The notes below the pieces were generated by a model that had not been told where the DNA came from, ran no database searches, and was given only the letters and a program-made list of their open reading frames with translations. This document shows positions 9,896 through 19,142 of a stretch of DNA of 64,000 nt, one piece after another. Numbering within the stretch: the stretch's first letter is position 1; each line of letters begins with the position of its first letter. Location: positions 1,594,616 through 1,658,615 of the forward strand of contig OZ245843.1 of assembly GCA_965228875.1 (NCBI GenBank). The letters are read 5' to 3'. This DNA is from Thalassobaculaceae bacterium. GTDB lineage: Bacteria; Pseudomonadota; Alphaproteobacteria; Thalassobaculales; Thalassobaculaceae. Position numbers and translations under genes: made by a program.

Positions 9896-11521
9896 TCAGT
9901 TCGGATGGTCCGCGCGGATCAGGTCCGACGCTTTCTCCCCGATCATGATCGAGGCGGCGTTGGTGTTGCCGGATACCATGGTCGGCATGATCGACGCATC
10001 CGCCACCCGCAGTCCGTCGATCCCGTGGACCTTGAGCCGGGAGTCGACGACGCAGTCGTCGCCCGGCCCCATGCGGCAGGTTCCCACCGGGTGGAACGCG
10101 GTGTTGGCGGTGTTGCGAATGTGGTTCATCAGGTCCTCGTCGCTGGACGCGCCGGTGCCGGGCTCCACCTCCTCGCCGCGCAGCGGGTCGAGCGGCGCCG
10201 CCTCCGCAACCTTCCGAATCAGCCGAAGCCCGTCGATCATGGTCTGGCGATCGAGCGCGTCGGACAGGAAGTTGAAGCGGATTTCGGGATGCTCGCGGGC
10301 ATCGGCGGAGCGGACGTGGATCGAGCCGAGGCTTTCAGGGCGAAGCTGGTAGCAGGTCATGGTCATGCCCGGCCAGTCCTGCAGCAGTCTTCGGGCGGCG
10401 TCCTTGATGACGTAGGGCATGACGTGCACCTGGATATCGGGCGTCTCCAGCTCCGGCCGCGTCTTCAGGAACCCGAGCACCGGAGCGGACGGCATGGCCA
10501 TGAAGCCGCGCCGCGTCGCCAGATACCGCAGGAACTGCCAGCCGCGCGGGAACAGCCCGGCCATGCGTTCATTGTAGGAGACACCGCGCTGCTTGAGGCG
10601 CCAGACGATGCGGGCGTTGATGTGGTCGCGCAGGTGCTCGCCGACCCCCGGCAGTTCGTGGCGCACCTCGATCCCGAGCGGCTTCAGCACCTCCGGGCGG
10701 CCGATGCCGGACAGCTCGAGCAGCTGCGGCGCCGCCACACCGCCGCAGGAAACGATCACCTCGCGCCCGGCGCGCACCTCGACCTCGTCGCTGTTGGCGA
10801 TGCGGTAGGCGACGCCGATACAGCGTCCGCCCTCGAGGAGCAGGCGGGTCGCGAGCGCGCCGGTAACGATCTGGAGGTTCGGGCGCCGGCGGGCGGGAGC
10901 CAGGTAGGTGACGGCCGTGCTCTGGCGCCGACCGTTCTTGATGGTCGTCTGGGTGCGAACGAACCCTTCCTGGTCGTGGCCGTTGTAGTCGGGGTTGCGC
11001 CGGATCCCGACCGCCTCGCCGGCACGGAAGACCGCCTCGTACAGCGGGCTCTGATCGTAGGCCTCGCTGATGTGCAGCGGGCCGCCCTGAGCCCGCATGT
11101 CGTCGGCGCCGTGTTCGTAGTTCTCCATGCGCTTGAAGATCGGCAGGACGTCGTCGAAGCCCCAGCCCCGGTTGCCGCGCTGTGCCCACGTATCGTAGTC
11201 AAGCTGCTGACCCCGCACGTAGACCAGCCCGTTGATCGCCGAGGAGCCGCCGAGAAGCTTGCCCCGCGGCACCGGAATCTCGCGGTTCGCCGTCGCCGCC
11301 TCCGGCGTCGACTTGTAGCACCAGTTGGCCGCCGGATCGGAAATCAGCAACCCGAAACTGGCCGGCATGGACGTGTAGGGGTGACTGGCCGCCCCGGCCT
11401 CCAGCAGCAGGACCCGGTGCTTGCCGCTCTCGGTGAGCCGGTTGGCCAGCACCGCGCCCGCCGACCCGGCGCCAATGATGATGAAGTCGGCCTGAGCCTC
11501 GCCGCTACCCGATCCCTGCAT
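9896..11521 (-). CDS. GMC-family oxidoreductase (choline dehydrogenase-like)
   Basis: Start at MQGSG (SD GAGGGAGG); IIGAGSAG, RGKLLGGSSAING, FHPVGTCRMG and VADASIMP..VSGNTNA motifs. Confidence 0.9.
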   Translation of the reverse strand: MQGSGSGEAQADFIIIGAGSAGAVLANRLTESGKHRVLLLEAGAASHPYTSMPASFGLLISDPAANWCYKSTPEAATANREIPVPRGKLLGGSSAINGLVYVRGQQLDYDTWAQRGNRGWGFDDVLPIFKRMENYEHGADDMRAQGGPLHISEAYDQSPLYEAVFRAGEAVGIRRNPDYNGHDQEGFVRTQTTIKNGRRQSTAVTYLAPARRRPNLQIVTGALATRLLLEGGRCIGVAYRIANSDEVEVRAGREVIVSCGGVAAPQLLELSGIGRPEVLKPLGIEVRHELPGVGEHLRDHINARIVWRLKQRGVSYNERMAGLFPRGWQFLRYLATRRGFMAMPSAPVLGFLKTRPELETPDIQVHVMPYVIKDAARRLLQDWPGMTMTCYQLRPESLGSIHVRSADAREHPEIRFNFLSDALDRQTMIDGLRLIRKVAEAAPLDPLRGEEVEPGTGASSDEDLMNHIRNTANTAFHPVGTCRMGPGDDCVVDSRLKVHGIDGLRVADASIMPTMVSGNTNAASIMIGEKASDLIRADHPN

Positions 11522-11667
11522 GCGCTGTCCCTCCCTCGCCGCCCTTACTTGGGTGTGTGGCTTCATCGAATGCGAGCACGGCGGAACCGATCTGTCGAGC
11601 CACCAACCGTGCCGCGCTATGCTGCCGATCCGCGCTCGTTCCACCATCACCGGCCGAGGACCCCGGC

Positions 11668-12984
11668 ATGCCCGTCACCGCCTTCGACTCCGCCCTCACC
11701 GCGCCTCTGCTCTCCGACCCCGACTTGGCGGCGGCGATCGACGACACCGCCATGGCGCGGGCCATGGTCACGGTCGAGCGGGCGTTAGCCCGGGTCGAGG
11801 GCCGGCTCGGCGTCATACCGGCGGAGGCCGCCGCCGCGATCGACCGGGAGCTTGACGGGTTCATGCCGGACCTGCAGGCGCTCGGCGCCGGTACCGCCGC
11901 GGGCGGCGTGCCGACCATCGCGCTGGTCGGACAGCTGCGCGCCCGGCTCGACGGCTGCACCCGCGATCACGTGCATGCCGGGGCAACCAGCCAGGACATT
12001 CTGGACACCGCCCTGCTGCTCTGCCTCGCCGACGCGACCGACCGGTTGGAGGCCCGGCTCGACACCGTGATCGCCGCGCTGGCGGAGATGGCCGCGTCCC
12101 ATCGCCGGACCGTCATGGCCGGGCGCACCCGCACCCAGCAGGCGATCCCGATCAGTTTCGGGGCGAAGGTCGCCGGCTGGCTCGCCCCGCTCAAACGCCA
12201 TCGCCGGCGCCTGGCCGCGGTACGCGCCGACCTGCTGGTGGTCCAGTTCGGCGGCGCCAGCGGGACGCTCGCCGCACTGGGAGATGCCGGCCTCGCGGTT
12301 GCCGACGGGCTGGCCGACGAACTCGCCCTGGGGCGCGCCGACACCCCCTGGCACACCGCGCGCGACGGCATCCTCGGCCTTGGCGGCTGGTTGTCCGGCG
12401 TGACCGCGAGCCTCGGCAAGCTCGCAGCCGATCTGCTCCTGTTGGGGCAGAACGAGGTGGCGGAGGTGCGTCCCGGCGCCGGCGGCGGCTCCAGCGCCAT
12501 GCCGCAGAAGGCCAACCCGGTCGCGGCCGAGGCGCTGGTCGCCCTGGCCCGCTCAAACGCGACCGCGCTCTCCGGACTGCACCATGCAGCAATCCAGGAG
12601 CACGAGCGCGGCGGTCCCGGCTGGACCCTGGAGTGGATCGCCCTGCCGCCGATGGTGCTGGCGACCGGCGCCGCCCTCCGGCTTGCCGGCGACACGCTGG
12701 CCGGCCTGACCGTCGACGCCGGGCGGATGCGGGCGAATCTCGGGCTCGACACCGGCCTGATCCTTGCCGAGGCAGTTACCACGGCGCTCGCCGCGCATCT
12801 CGGCAAGGTCGAGGCGCAGGCATTGGTCAGGCAGGCCTGTCTCGACGCACCGGCCACCGGCCGCTCCATCGTCGAGCTGCTGCGCGACCGCACGGGCGCC
12901 CCGGTGGACTGGGATGCCGTCGCCGAGCCGGCGAACTACCTCGGCGCGGCGGACGGCATCATCGATCGGGTTCTGGCCCTGTAA
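11668..12984 (+). CDS. pcaB: 3-carboxy-cis,cis-muconate cycloisomerase-like (class II fumarase/lyase family)
   Basis: HAGATSQDILDT, MAGRTRTQQA, QFGGASGTL, GSSAMPQKANP and QEHERG motifs. Confidence 0.78.
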   Translation: MPVTAFDSALTAPLLSDPDLAAAIDDTAMARAMVTVERALARVEGRLGVIPAEAAAAIDRELDGFMPDLQALGAGTAAGGVPTIALVGQLRARLDGCTRDHVHAGATSQDILDTALLLCLADATDRLEARLDTVIAALAEMAASHRRTVMAGRTRTQQAIPISFGAKVAGWLAPLKRHRRRLAAVRADLLVVQFGGASGTLAALGDAGLAVADGLADELALGRADTPWHTARDGILGLGGWLSGVTASLGKLAADLLLLGQNEVAEVRPGAGGGSSAMPQKANPVAAEALVALARSNATALSGLHHAAIQEHERGGPGWTLEWIALPPMVLATGAALRLAGDTLAGLTVDAGRMRANLGLDTGLILAEAVTTALAAHLGKVEAQALVRQACLDAPATGRSIVELLRDRTGAPVDWDAVAEPANYLGAADGIIDRVLAL

Positions 12985-14646
12985 TCAGCCCTTGGCGGCG
13001 TAGGGCGGCGGCTTGAAGTAGCGCGGATACGGGCCGATCGCGGTGACGTCCACCTCGACCAGAGCCGGCCCCGGATGCTCCAACGCCGCCGACAGCGCCG
13101 TCTCCAGACCGTCGATCGACGTCACCGCCGCGTACGGCATGCCGCAGCCCTCGGCGAGCCGGCGGAAATCGGGCGGCGTTGGGTCCGCGAAATGGTGGCG
13201 ACCGCCGTACAGACTGTCCTGGATGTGCTTGATGACGCCGAAACCGTGGTCGTTCATCACCATGAACACCACGTCGGGCCGTTCGTCCGCCGCCGTCCAC
13301 AGCTCGCCGAGGTTCATGGCGAACCCGCCATCGCCGCTGATGCACAAAGTCTTGCGCCCGCCGGCCCCGAGCGCCGCCCCGATCCCCATGGACAGGCCCG
13401 GACCGATCGCTGCCCCGACCGGATACAGAGTGTCGCGCGGGCCGTAGATCTCGAAGGCCCGGTGGCCCCAGGTAGTGTGCGACAGGGTCACGTCGCGCAC
13501 GAAGACGCCGTCGCGCGGCAGCACACGGCGCACGATCTCCGGCATCGCCGCGTACCCGTCGAGGAATTCCGCATAGGCGGCCTTCGCCGCCAGCCGGGCC
13601 GAGGCGGCGTCCCCCGCCAGGGCGGGATCGAGCGACAGGTGGCCGGCGACCCGTCGCGCCAAGGCGGAGAGCGTTGCCTCGGCCTCGCCTTGGACGAACA
13701 GGTCGCTTCCGTATGTCCGGCCTCTCGCCTTGGGGTCGATGTCGATCTGGACCCGCCGCGCCGGCAGGGCCATCGACTGATCCGCGGTCTCATGCCCGCG
13801 CAGACGCGAACCGGCCACGATCAGCAGATCGACGGTGTCGAGAAAGGCCTGGATCTCCGGCAGCCCGGCGCCGGCGGCGAGCGACAGCGGATGGTCCTCC
13901 GGCACGCTGCCGCGCCCGTTCCAGCTGCTGATGACCGGTATGCCGAGATCGACGAGCGCCTGAACCGCGCCGGTCGCATGCTTGGCCCCGTTCCCGACCC
14001 ACAGCAGCGGCCGCCGGGCGCTCCGCACGGCCTCGACCAGCGCCGACAGCGACGCTTCGGAGGGCGGCGTCGCGGCGGGGCGCGGCGGCTCCAGGGTCTC
14101 GAGCTCGACCGGACGGGCGATCTCAGCCCGCTGGACATCGATGGGAATCTCGACGGTAACGGGTCCCATCGGCGCGGTGAGCGCGTCGGTCGCCGCCCGG
14201 ATCAGGACACCGAGCGCCGCGTCGGGCGACAGCACCCGATACGAACTCTTGCACACCGCCGCCAGCATCGCCGACTGGCCCGGCACGTCGTGCACCGGGC
14301 CCATGTCGCGATCCAGCATGGCGGTCGGCGTCTGGCCGGTGATGTGCAGCAACGGCGTCGAGGCGAACCCCGCCTCGACCAGGGCCGGGACCGCGTTCGC
14401 CGCCCCGGGACCTGTGCTGGAGATCAGCACGCCGAGCCCGCCCCGGACCCGGGCGTAGGCGTCCGCCATATGGCCGCCGCCATACTCGCTGCGGGCGGTC
14501 ACGAAGCGGATCGCGTTGCGCCGTCCGATGGCGTCCAGCGTCGGAATGTTGTGCACCGAGACGATGCCGAACACCGTCTCCACCTCCATGCGCTGCAGGA
14601 AGTCGGCGACGAGGTCGCCCACCAGATACCGCTCGGTCATGTCCAT
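12985..14646 (-). CDS. Thiamine diphosphate-dependent enzyme (acetolactate synthase large-subunit-like)
   Basis: FGIVSVHN, ARSEYGGGHMADAYAR, STGPGAAN and ThDP motif GDGG...MND. Confidence 0.85.
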   Translation of the reverse strand: MDMTERYLVGDLVADFLQRMEVETVFGIVSVHNIPTLDAIGRRNAIRFVTARSEYGGGHMADAYARVRGGLGVLISSTGPGAANAVPALVEAGFASTPLLHITGQTPTAMLDRDMGPVHDVPGQSAMLAAVCKSSYRVLSPDAALGVLIRAATDALTAPMGPVTVEIPIDVQRAEIARPVELETLEPPRPAATPPSEASLSALVEAVRSARRPLLWVGNGAKHATGAVQALVDLGIPVISSWNGRGSVPEDHPLSLAAGAGLPEIQAFLDTVDLLIVAGSRLRGHETADQSMALPARRVQIDIDPKARGRTYGSDLFVQGEAEATLSALARRVAGHLSLDPALAGDAASARLAAKAAYAEFLDGYAAMPEIVRRVLPRDGVFVRDVTLSHTTWGHRAFEIYGPRDTLYPVGAAIGPGLSMGIGAALGAGGRKTLCISGDGGFAMNLGELWTAADERPDVVFMVMNDHGFGVIKHIQDSLYGGRHHFADPTPPDFRRLAEGCGMPYAAVTSIDGLETALSAALEHPGPALVEVDVTAIGPYPRYFKPPPYAAKG

Positions 14647-14705
14647 CCTCCCGGAAAATTATCCTTGTCTTTCCAGGGAGTATGGCGAGCCGCCGGGGCC
14701 ACTGC

Positions 14706-15785
14706 CTAGAGGTCGAAACGCACGGGCCGGCAGGCGGCCAGTGTGGGCGCCTCCCGCCCGTCGAGCATCTCCTGCGCCGCCAGCCGGCCGATCGAGGGGG
14801 CAAGCACGACACCGGCATGCATCACCGCAAGATACAGACCCGGCCGTCCCGGCGCGAAGCCGACGATCGGTCCTCCATCGCGCGGCATCGGCCGCCAGCC
14901 GACGGCCGCGTCGATCAGCGCCACCGCCTCGGCCCCGTGGAGGCCGGCGCGCACGGCCGCCGCCGTCCGCCGTCCCACCGCTTCCGGCCCGTTCCTCGGC
15001 GTGTCGTCGATGTAGCTCTCGGCTGCCAGCAGTTCGGATCCGGCGGTGTGTCGGATCTCGTATCCCGGCGACGCGACGATCCCGCGGACCAACCGGCGGT
15101 CGGAACCCAGCCGCAACAGTGTCGCCGGCGACGCGTCGACCGGAAGATCGAGGCCGATGCCCCCGGCGAGGCCGACCGTCCCCATCCCGGCCGCGAGCAC
15201 GACGATATCCGCCGGGATCCGGTCTCCCGCCGCGGTCACGATTTCCCGCACCCGGTCGCCCGCCATCGTCAGTCCCGTCACCCGCTCCCCGGTGCGGATC
15301 AGTGCCCCCGCCCTCCGCGCCGCAGCGACCAGGGCCCGCGTCCACGCAACCGGATCCACCGCCCCTTCGCCCGGTGCGTGGGCCGCCACGATCGGCAGAA
15401 CGGCAAGGCCCGGTTCCACAGTCGCGATTTCCGACCGGGACAGCAGGCGCACGTCATACCCCGCCGCCGCGTGATGGGTCGCCATGCGCTCCGTGTCCGC
15501 CGGATCCGCATCCCAGGTCAGCGCGCCACACCAGTCCACCGTTGCGGCACCACCGAGCGCGCGCTCCAGCCGGCGCCATTCAGCGAGCGCACCGTGGCGC
15601 AGCGCCTGGTAGGGCAACGGATCGGTATGGGCGACATTCAGCCAGCCGAAAGAGCGATGGGTCACACCGGCGCCGGGCTCCGCCGCGTCCACCAGAGTGA
15701 CGGCAACCTCCCGAACCGCCAGATGGTAGGCGATGGAGGCGCCGACTATTCCGGCCCCGACCACGGCGACGCGGGGGCCGCTCAC
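14706..15785 (-). CDS. FAD-dependent oxidoreductase (DAO/glycine oxidase family)
   Basis: GTG start overlapping the LysR stop (GTGA); VVGAGIVG, GWRPMPRDGGPIVG and MHAGVVLAP motifs. Confidence 0.85.
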   Translation of the reverse strand: MSGPRVAVVGAGIVGASIAYHLAVREVAVTLVDAAEPGAGVTHRSFGWLNVAHTDPLPYQALRHGALAEWRRLERALGGAATVDWCGALTWDADPADTERMATHHAAAGYDVRLLSRSEIATVEPGLAVLPIVAAHAPGEGAVDPVAWTRALVAAARRAGALIRTGERVTGLTMAGDRVREIVTAAGDRIPADIVVLAAGMGTVGLAGGIGLDLPVDASPATLLRLGSDRRLVRGIVASPGYEIRHTAGSELLAAESYIDDTPRNGPEAVGRRTAAAVRAGLHGAEAVALIDAAVGWRPMPRDGGPIVGFAPGRPGLYLAVMHAGVVLAPSIGRLAAQEMLDGREAPTLAACRPVRFDL

Positions 15786-16657
15786 GAGCCGTCCTCCCCA
15801 CCCAAGGCCGTGCGGACCGCCCGTTCCACCGCCGCCCCGATCACCGGGTCGAGCCCCGGACGCCGCGACAGGACCAGGAGCGAGGGCGGAACACGGGGTA
15901 GGTCCTGCACCCGTTCGACTCCCCGATCCGGCACCACCTCTCCGATCAGCGCCACGGCGAGCCCGGACCGGACAGCGGCCATGATGCCGGCCACTGACTC
16001 GCTGGTGTAGACGATCCGGTAGTCGATCCCCGCCGCGTCGAGGGCCTGCACCGCAAGGTCCCGCCAGGTGCAGGCCCTGTCGAACAGCGCCACCGGCAAC
16101 GGCGTCCGCTCCTGCGGCCGGGACGCCGAGGCCCCGACCCACGCCCGGTCGACCCGGCGCAGCACGGCGTCGGCGTTTCCGGCGGACTCCATGTCGCGGA
16201 TCGCCGCGTCGAGTTCGCCGCGGGCAAGGGCCTCGGGGAAACCGGAGCTGATCCCGCAACGCACCGCCAGGTCGAGCCCCGGATGCTCGCGAGCGAGGGC
16301 GGCGATGATGGCGGACAGCGCGGCCTCGCCAACCTCCTCGGGTATGCCGATCCGCAACGTTCCCGTCAGTCCGTCCGACCGAGCCTCGGCCACCGTCCGG
16401 TCGAGCAACCCGACCACGCGTTCCGCCGTCGGCACCAGCGTCGCGCCGAACGGAGTCAACACGACACCGCGTCCCCTGCGATCGAAGACCGGCCGGCCCA
16501 GAACTGCCTCCAGCCGCTGGATCTGCAGGCTGACCGCCGATTGTGAGCGCAGCACGGTCCGGGCACCGGCGGTGACGCTGCCACCCGCGGCGACGGCCAG
16601 GAACGTCCGCAGAAGGTCGCTGTCCAGACGCGCCGCCGTGTCATTGGCCAGACTCAT
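15782..16657 (-). CDS. LysR-family transcriptional regulator
   Basis: LDSDLLRTFLAVA..GSVT....RSQSAVSLQIQRLE HTH, followed by a substrate-binding domain (GTLRIGIPE). Confidence 0.92.
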   Translation of the reverse strand: MSLANDTAARLDSDLLRTFLAVAAGGSVTAGARTVLRSQSAVSLQIQRLEAVLGRPVFDRRGRGVVLTPFGATLVPTAERVVGLLDRTVAEARSDGLTGTLRIGIPEEVGEAALSAIIAALAREHPGLDLAVRCGISSGFPEALARGELDAAIRDMESAGNADAVLRRVDRAWVGASASRPQERTPLPVALFDRACTWRDLAVQALDAAGIDYRIVYTSESVAGIMAAVRSGLAVALIGEVVPDRGVERVQDLPRVPPSLLVLSRRPGLDPVIGAAVERAVRTALGGEDGS

Positions 16658-16740
16658 GGGAGCCACCCGAAATCCTCGTTTCACAAATGATATGCCGCGC
16701 GCCACCTTTGCGACAGAGCGATCCTCGAGGTGACCGACGC

Positions 16741-17766
16741 ATGAGCGAACCCCCTTCCACGGCGGCCGACAGGCAACGGTCTCGACGCCCCCTCCTGTGG
16801 ACAGCGGCCGCGATTGCGGTCGTGGTCGCCGCGGCGTTTCCGACGGACGCGGCCGGCACCGCCCGGTTCGTGCTGACGGGATTTCTCTCCGTCGGCCCGC
16901 TGGTTCTGCTGGGTGCCGTGCTCTCGGCCTGGGTGGTGGCAAGCGGAACGGGCCTGCGCCTGTCCAGGGGTTTCGCGCGCAACCCCGGCGTCGCGATTCT
17001 CACCGCCTCGGCGATCGGCGCGGTGACGCCGGTCTGCGGCGTCACGGTACTGCCGCTGATGACCGGACTCCTCGGCGCCGGGGTGCCGCTGGCGCCGGTC
17101 ATGGCCTTCTGGCTTTCCTCGCCGGTGACCGACCCGGCGATGATGGCGACCACGGTGGCGCTGCTCGGCGTCGAGATGGCGGCCGCGAAGTCCGTCGCCG
17201 CTTTCCTGATCGGCCTGCTTGGCGGCGGTGCCGTCGCCCTGATTGCCCGCCGTTCGTGGGTGCGGTCGCCGCTGCGCCCCGCAATCCGGTTGCCTTCGGG
17301 CGACTGCTTGCCGTGCGCGGCCGGCGACGCCGTGGTCTGGGACATCTGGTCGGTTCCCGACAGACGCCAGCGGTTCCTCGCGGAGCTTGCCGCGATGGCC
17401 CGGCTCATCGCGCTCTGCCTGACCCCGGCCTTCGCCGCCGAGTTCCTGCTGCAGCGGTGGTTGGAGCCCAATGCGCTGGCGGTATACGTCGGCGGCGACT
17501 CAGCCTGGGCGATCCCGCTGGCGGTGTTCATCGGTGCGCCGGCCTACCTCGATGGCTACGCCGCCCTGCCTCTGACGCGCGGGTTGATGGATCACGGCAT
17601 GTCGCCGGGCGCGGCTCTCGCCTTCCTGGTCTCCGGCAGTGTCGTGAGCATCTGGGGCGCGATGGCGATCGCGCCGGTGCTCCGGGTCAGGCCCTTCCTC
17701 CTCTATCTGGCCCTGGCGATCGCCGGATCTCTGGCGAGCGGCTACGTGTACGACCTGCTGGCCTGA
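16741..17766 (+). CDS. Permease of the DUF318/ArsP family
   Basis: Multiple TM segments; GAVTPVCGVTVLP, VMAFWLSSP and GMSPGAALAFLVSG motifs; divergent from LysR. Confidence 0.8.
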   Translation: MSEPPSTAADRQRSRRPLLWTAAAIAVVVAAAFPTDAAGTARFVLTGFLSVGPLVLLGAVLSAWVVASGTGLRLSRGFARNPGVAILTASAIGAVTPVCGVTVLPLMTGLLGAGVPLAPVMAFWLSSPVTDPAMMATTVALLGVEMAAAKSVAAFLIGLLGGGAVALIARRSWVRSPLRPAIRLPSGDCLPCAAGDAVVWDIWSVPDRRQRFLAELAAMARLIALCLTPAFAAEFLLQRWLEPNALAVYVGGDSAWAIPLAVFIGAPAYLDGYAALPLTRGLMDHGMSPGAALAFLVSGSVVSIWGAMAIAPVLRVRPFLLYLALAIAGSLASGYVYDLLA

Positions 17767-17806
17767 TCGGCGGCGGGCGAATACGGTTGCGTCGCCTTGG
17801 CTGATT

Positions 17807-17830
17807 TCTATATCGATCGTTCGGTATAGA
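17807..17830. promoter_or_regulatory. Putative TetR operator 1 (TCTATAtCGAtcgtTCGgTATAGA)
   Basis: Imperfect palindrome just upstream of tetR; shares the core CGATCGTTCGGT with 18455-18476. Confidence 0.7.
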
Positions 17831-17842
17831 CGGAGACCGCCG

Positions 17843-18400
17843 ATGCCACGTCCGACAAACGACCGCGAGGAAATCGTCACCCGACTGGGCGAGGTATTCC
17901 GCCGTCACGGCTACGAAGGCGCCAGCCTGAAGCTGCTCTCGGATGCCACCGGGCTCGGCCGTTCCAGCCTCTACCACTACTTCCCGAACGGGAAGGAGGA
18001 CATGGCGGCCGCCGTGCTCGACAGCGCCGACGCCTGGAGCCAGGAGCACCTGCGGCCGGTGATCGAGAGCGACGCCCCACCAGCGGAGAAAGCGCGGCGG
18101 ATTGCGGACGCGATGGATGCTTTCTACGCAGGCGGTCGGCGGTCCTGCCTGCTCGAACTGTTTGCCATCGGTGAGGCCAGGGCGGTGTTCGGAGACCGGG
18201 TCTCCGGCAGGCTGTCGGCGCTGTGCGGACATCTCGCCCGAATTGCCGAGGAGGCCGGCCACGAACCGAAGGACGCTGCGACACGCGCCGAGGACGCGCT
18301 CGTCGCGATCCACGGCGGGTTGGTCGTCTCCCGCGGGCTCGGCGACACCGGGCCGTTCCATCGGGTCCTGTCCAGGCTCCCATCCATTCTCACCGGCTGA
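17843..18400 (+). CDS. TetR/AcrR-family regulator
   Basis: VFRRHGYEGASLKLLSDATGLGRSSLYHYFPNGKE HTH. Confidence 0.92.
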   Translation: MPRPTNDREEIVTRLGEVFRRHGYEGASLKLLSDATGLGRSSLYHYFPNGKEDMAAAVLDSADAWSQEHLRPVIESDAPPAEKARRIADAMDAFYAGGRRSCLLELFAIGEARAVFGDRVSGRLSALCGHLARIAEEAGHEPKDAATRAEDALVAIHGGLVVSRGLGDTGPFHRVLSRLPSILTG

Positions 18401-18431
18401 AGAGACCGAGGGAAAAACGCCCGACAATCCC

Positions 18432-18476
18432 TTGACGGTTCCGGTAGAGCCATTATGTACCGATCGTTCGGTTCAT
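18432..18476 (+). promoter_or_regulatory. sigma70-like promoter (-35 TTGACG) overlapped by putative TetR operator 2 (ATGtACCGAtcgtTCGGTtCAT)
   Basis: TTGACG at 18432; the palindrome at 18455-18476 covers the -10/+1 region and matches operator 1. Confidence 0.65.
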
Positions 18477-18493
18477 TCATGACGAGGTTTTCC

Positions 18494-19114
18494 GTGTCAC
18501 CCAAGATCAAACTCTACGGGCATCCGCTCTCCGGCCACTGCCATCGCATCGAGCTCGCGCTATCGCTCCTCGGGCTAGCGCACGAGACCGTCACCGTCGA
18601 TCTCGGCGCCGGCGCCCATAGGCGGCCCGATTTCCTCGCCCTCAACCCGTTCGGCCAGGTGCCGGTGCTCGACGATGACGGAACCGTCATCGCCGACAGC
18701 AACGCAATCCTCGCCTACCTCGCCGCCAAGTACGACGATGGCACGCTGATGCCGCGCGATCCGGTTGGGACCGCCGAGGTCCAGCGGTGGTTCTCCGTGG
18801 CCGCCGGCGAGATCAAGCACGGACCGGGTGCGGCCCGACTGGTCAAGGTGTTCAACGCGCCGATCGACCATGCCACCGCCTTGCGGACGGCCGCCCAGAT
18901 CCTGGAGCGCCTCGACGCGCATCTGGCGGAACGGGCCTACCTGGTTACCGACCGCCTGACCTTCGCCGACGTGGCGATCTACAGTTACGTTGCCCGGTCG
19001 CCGGAAGGCGAGGTCGACCTCACCCCCTACGCCCATGTCCGCGCCTGGCTGGGCCGGGTCGAGGCCGACCCTCGCTTCGTCCCATTCCGACCGGCGGCCG
19101 AGATCCTCGGCTGA
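18494..19114 (+). CDS. Glutathione S-transferase
   Basis: LYGHPLSGHCHR, LNPFGQVPVL..DSNAIL.YLA and LTFADVAIYSY motifs; start uncertain (GTG 18494 or ATG 18479). Confidence 0.9.
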   Translation: MSPKIKLYGHPLSGHCHRIELALSLLGLAHETVTVDLGAGAHRRPDFLALNPFGQVPVLDDDGTVIADSNAILAYLAAKYDDGTLMPRDPVGTAEVQRWFSVAAGEIKHGPGAARLVKVFNAPIDHATALRTAAQILERLDAHLAERAYLVTDRLTFADVAIYSYVARSPEGEVDLTPYAHVRAWLGRVEADPRFVPFRPAAEILG

Positions 19115-19142
19115 CCGGCGCCCCGACACGTCGGAGGAAGTG

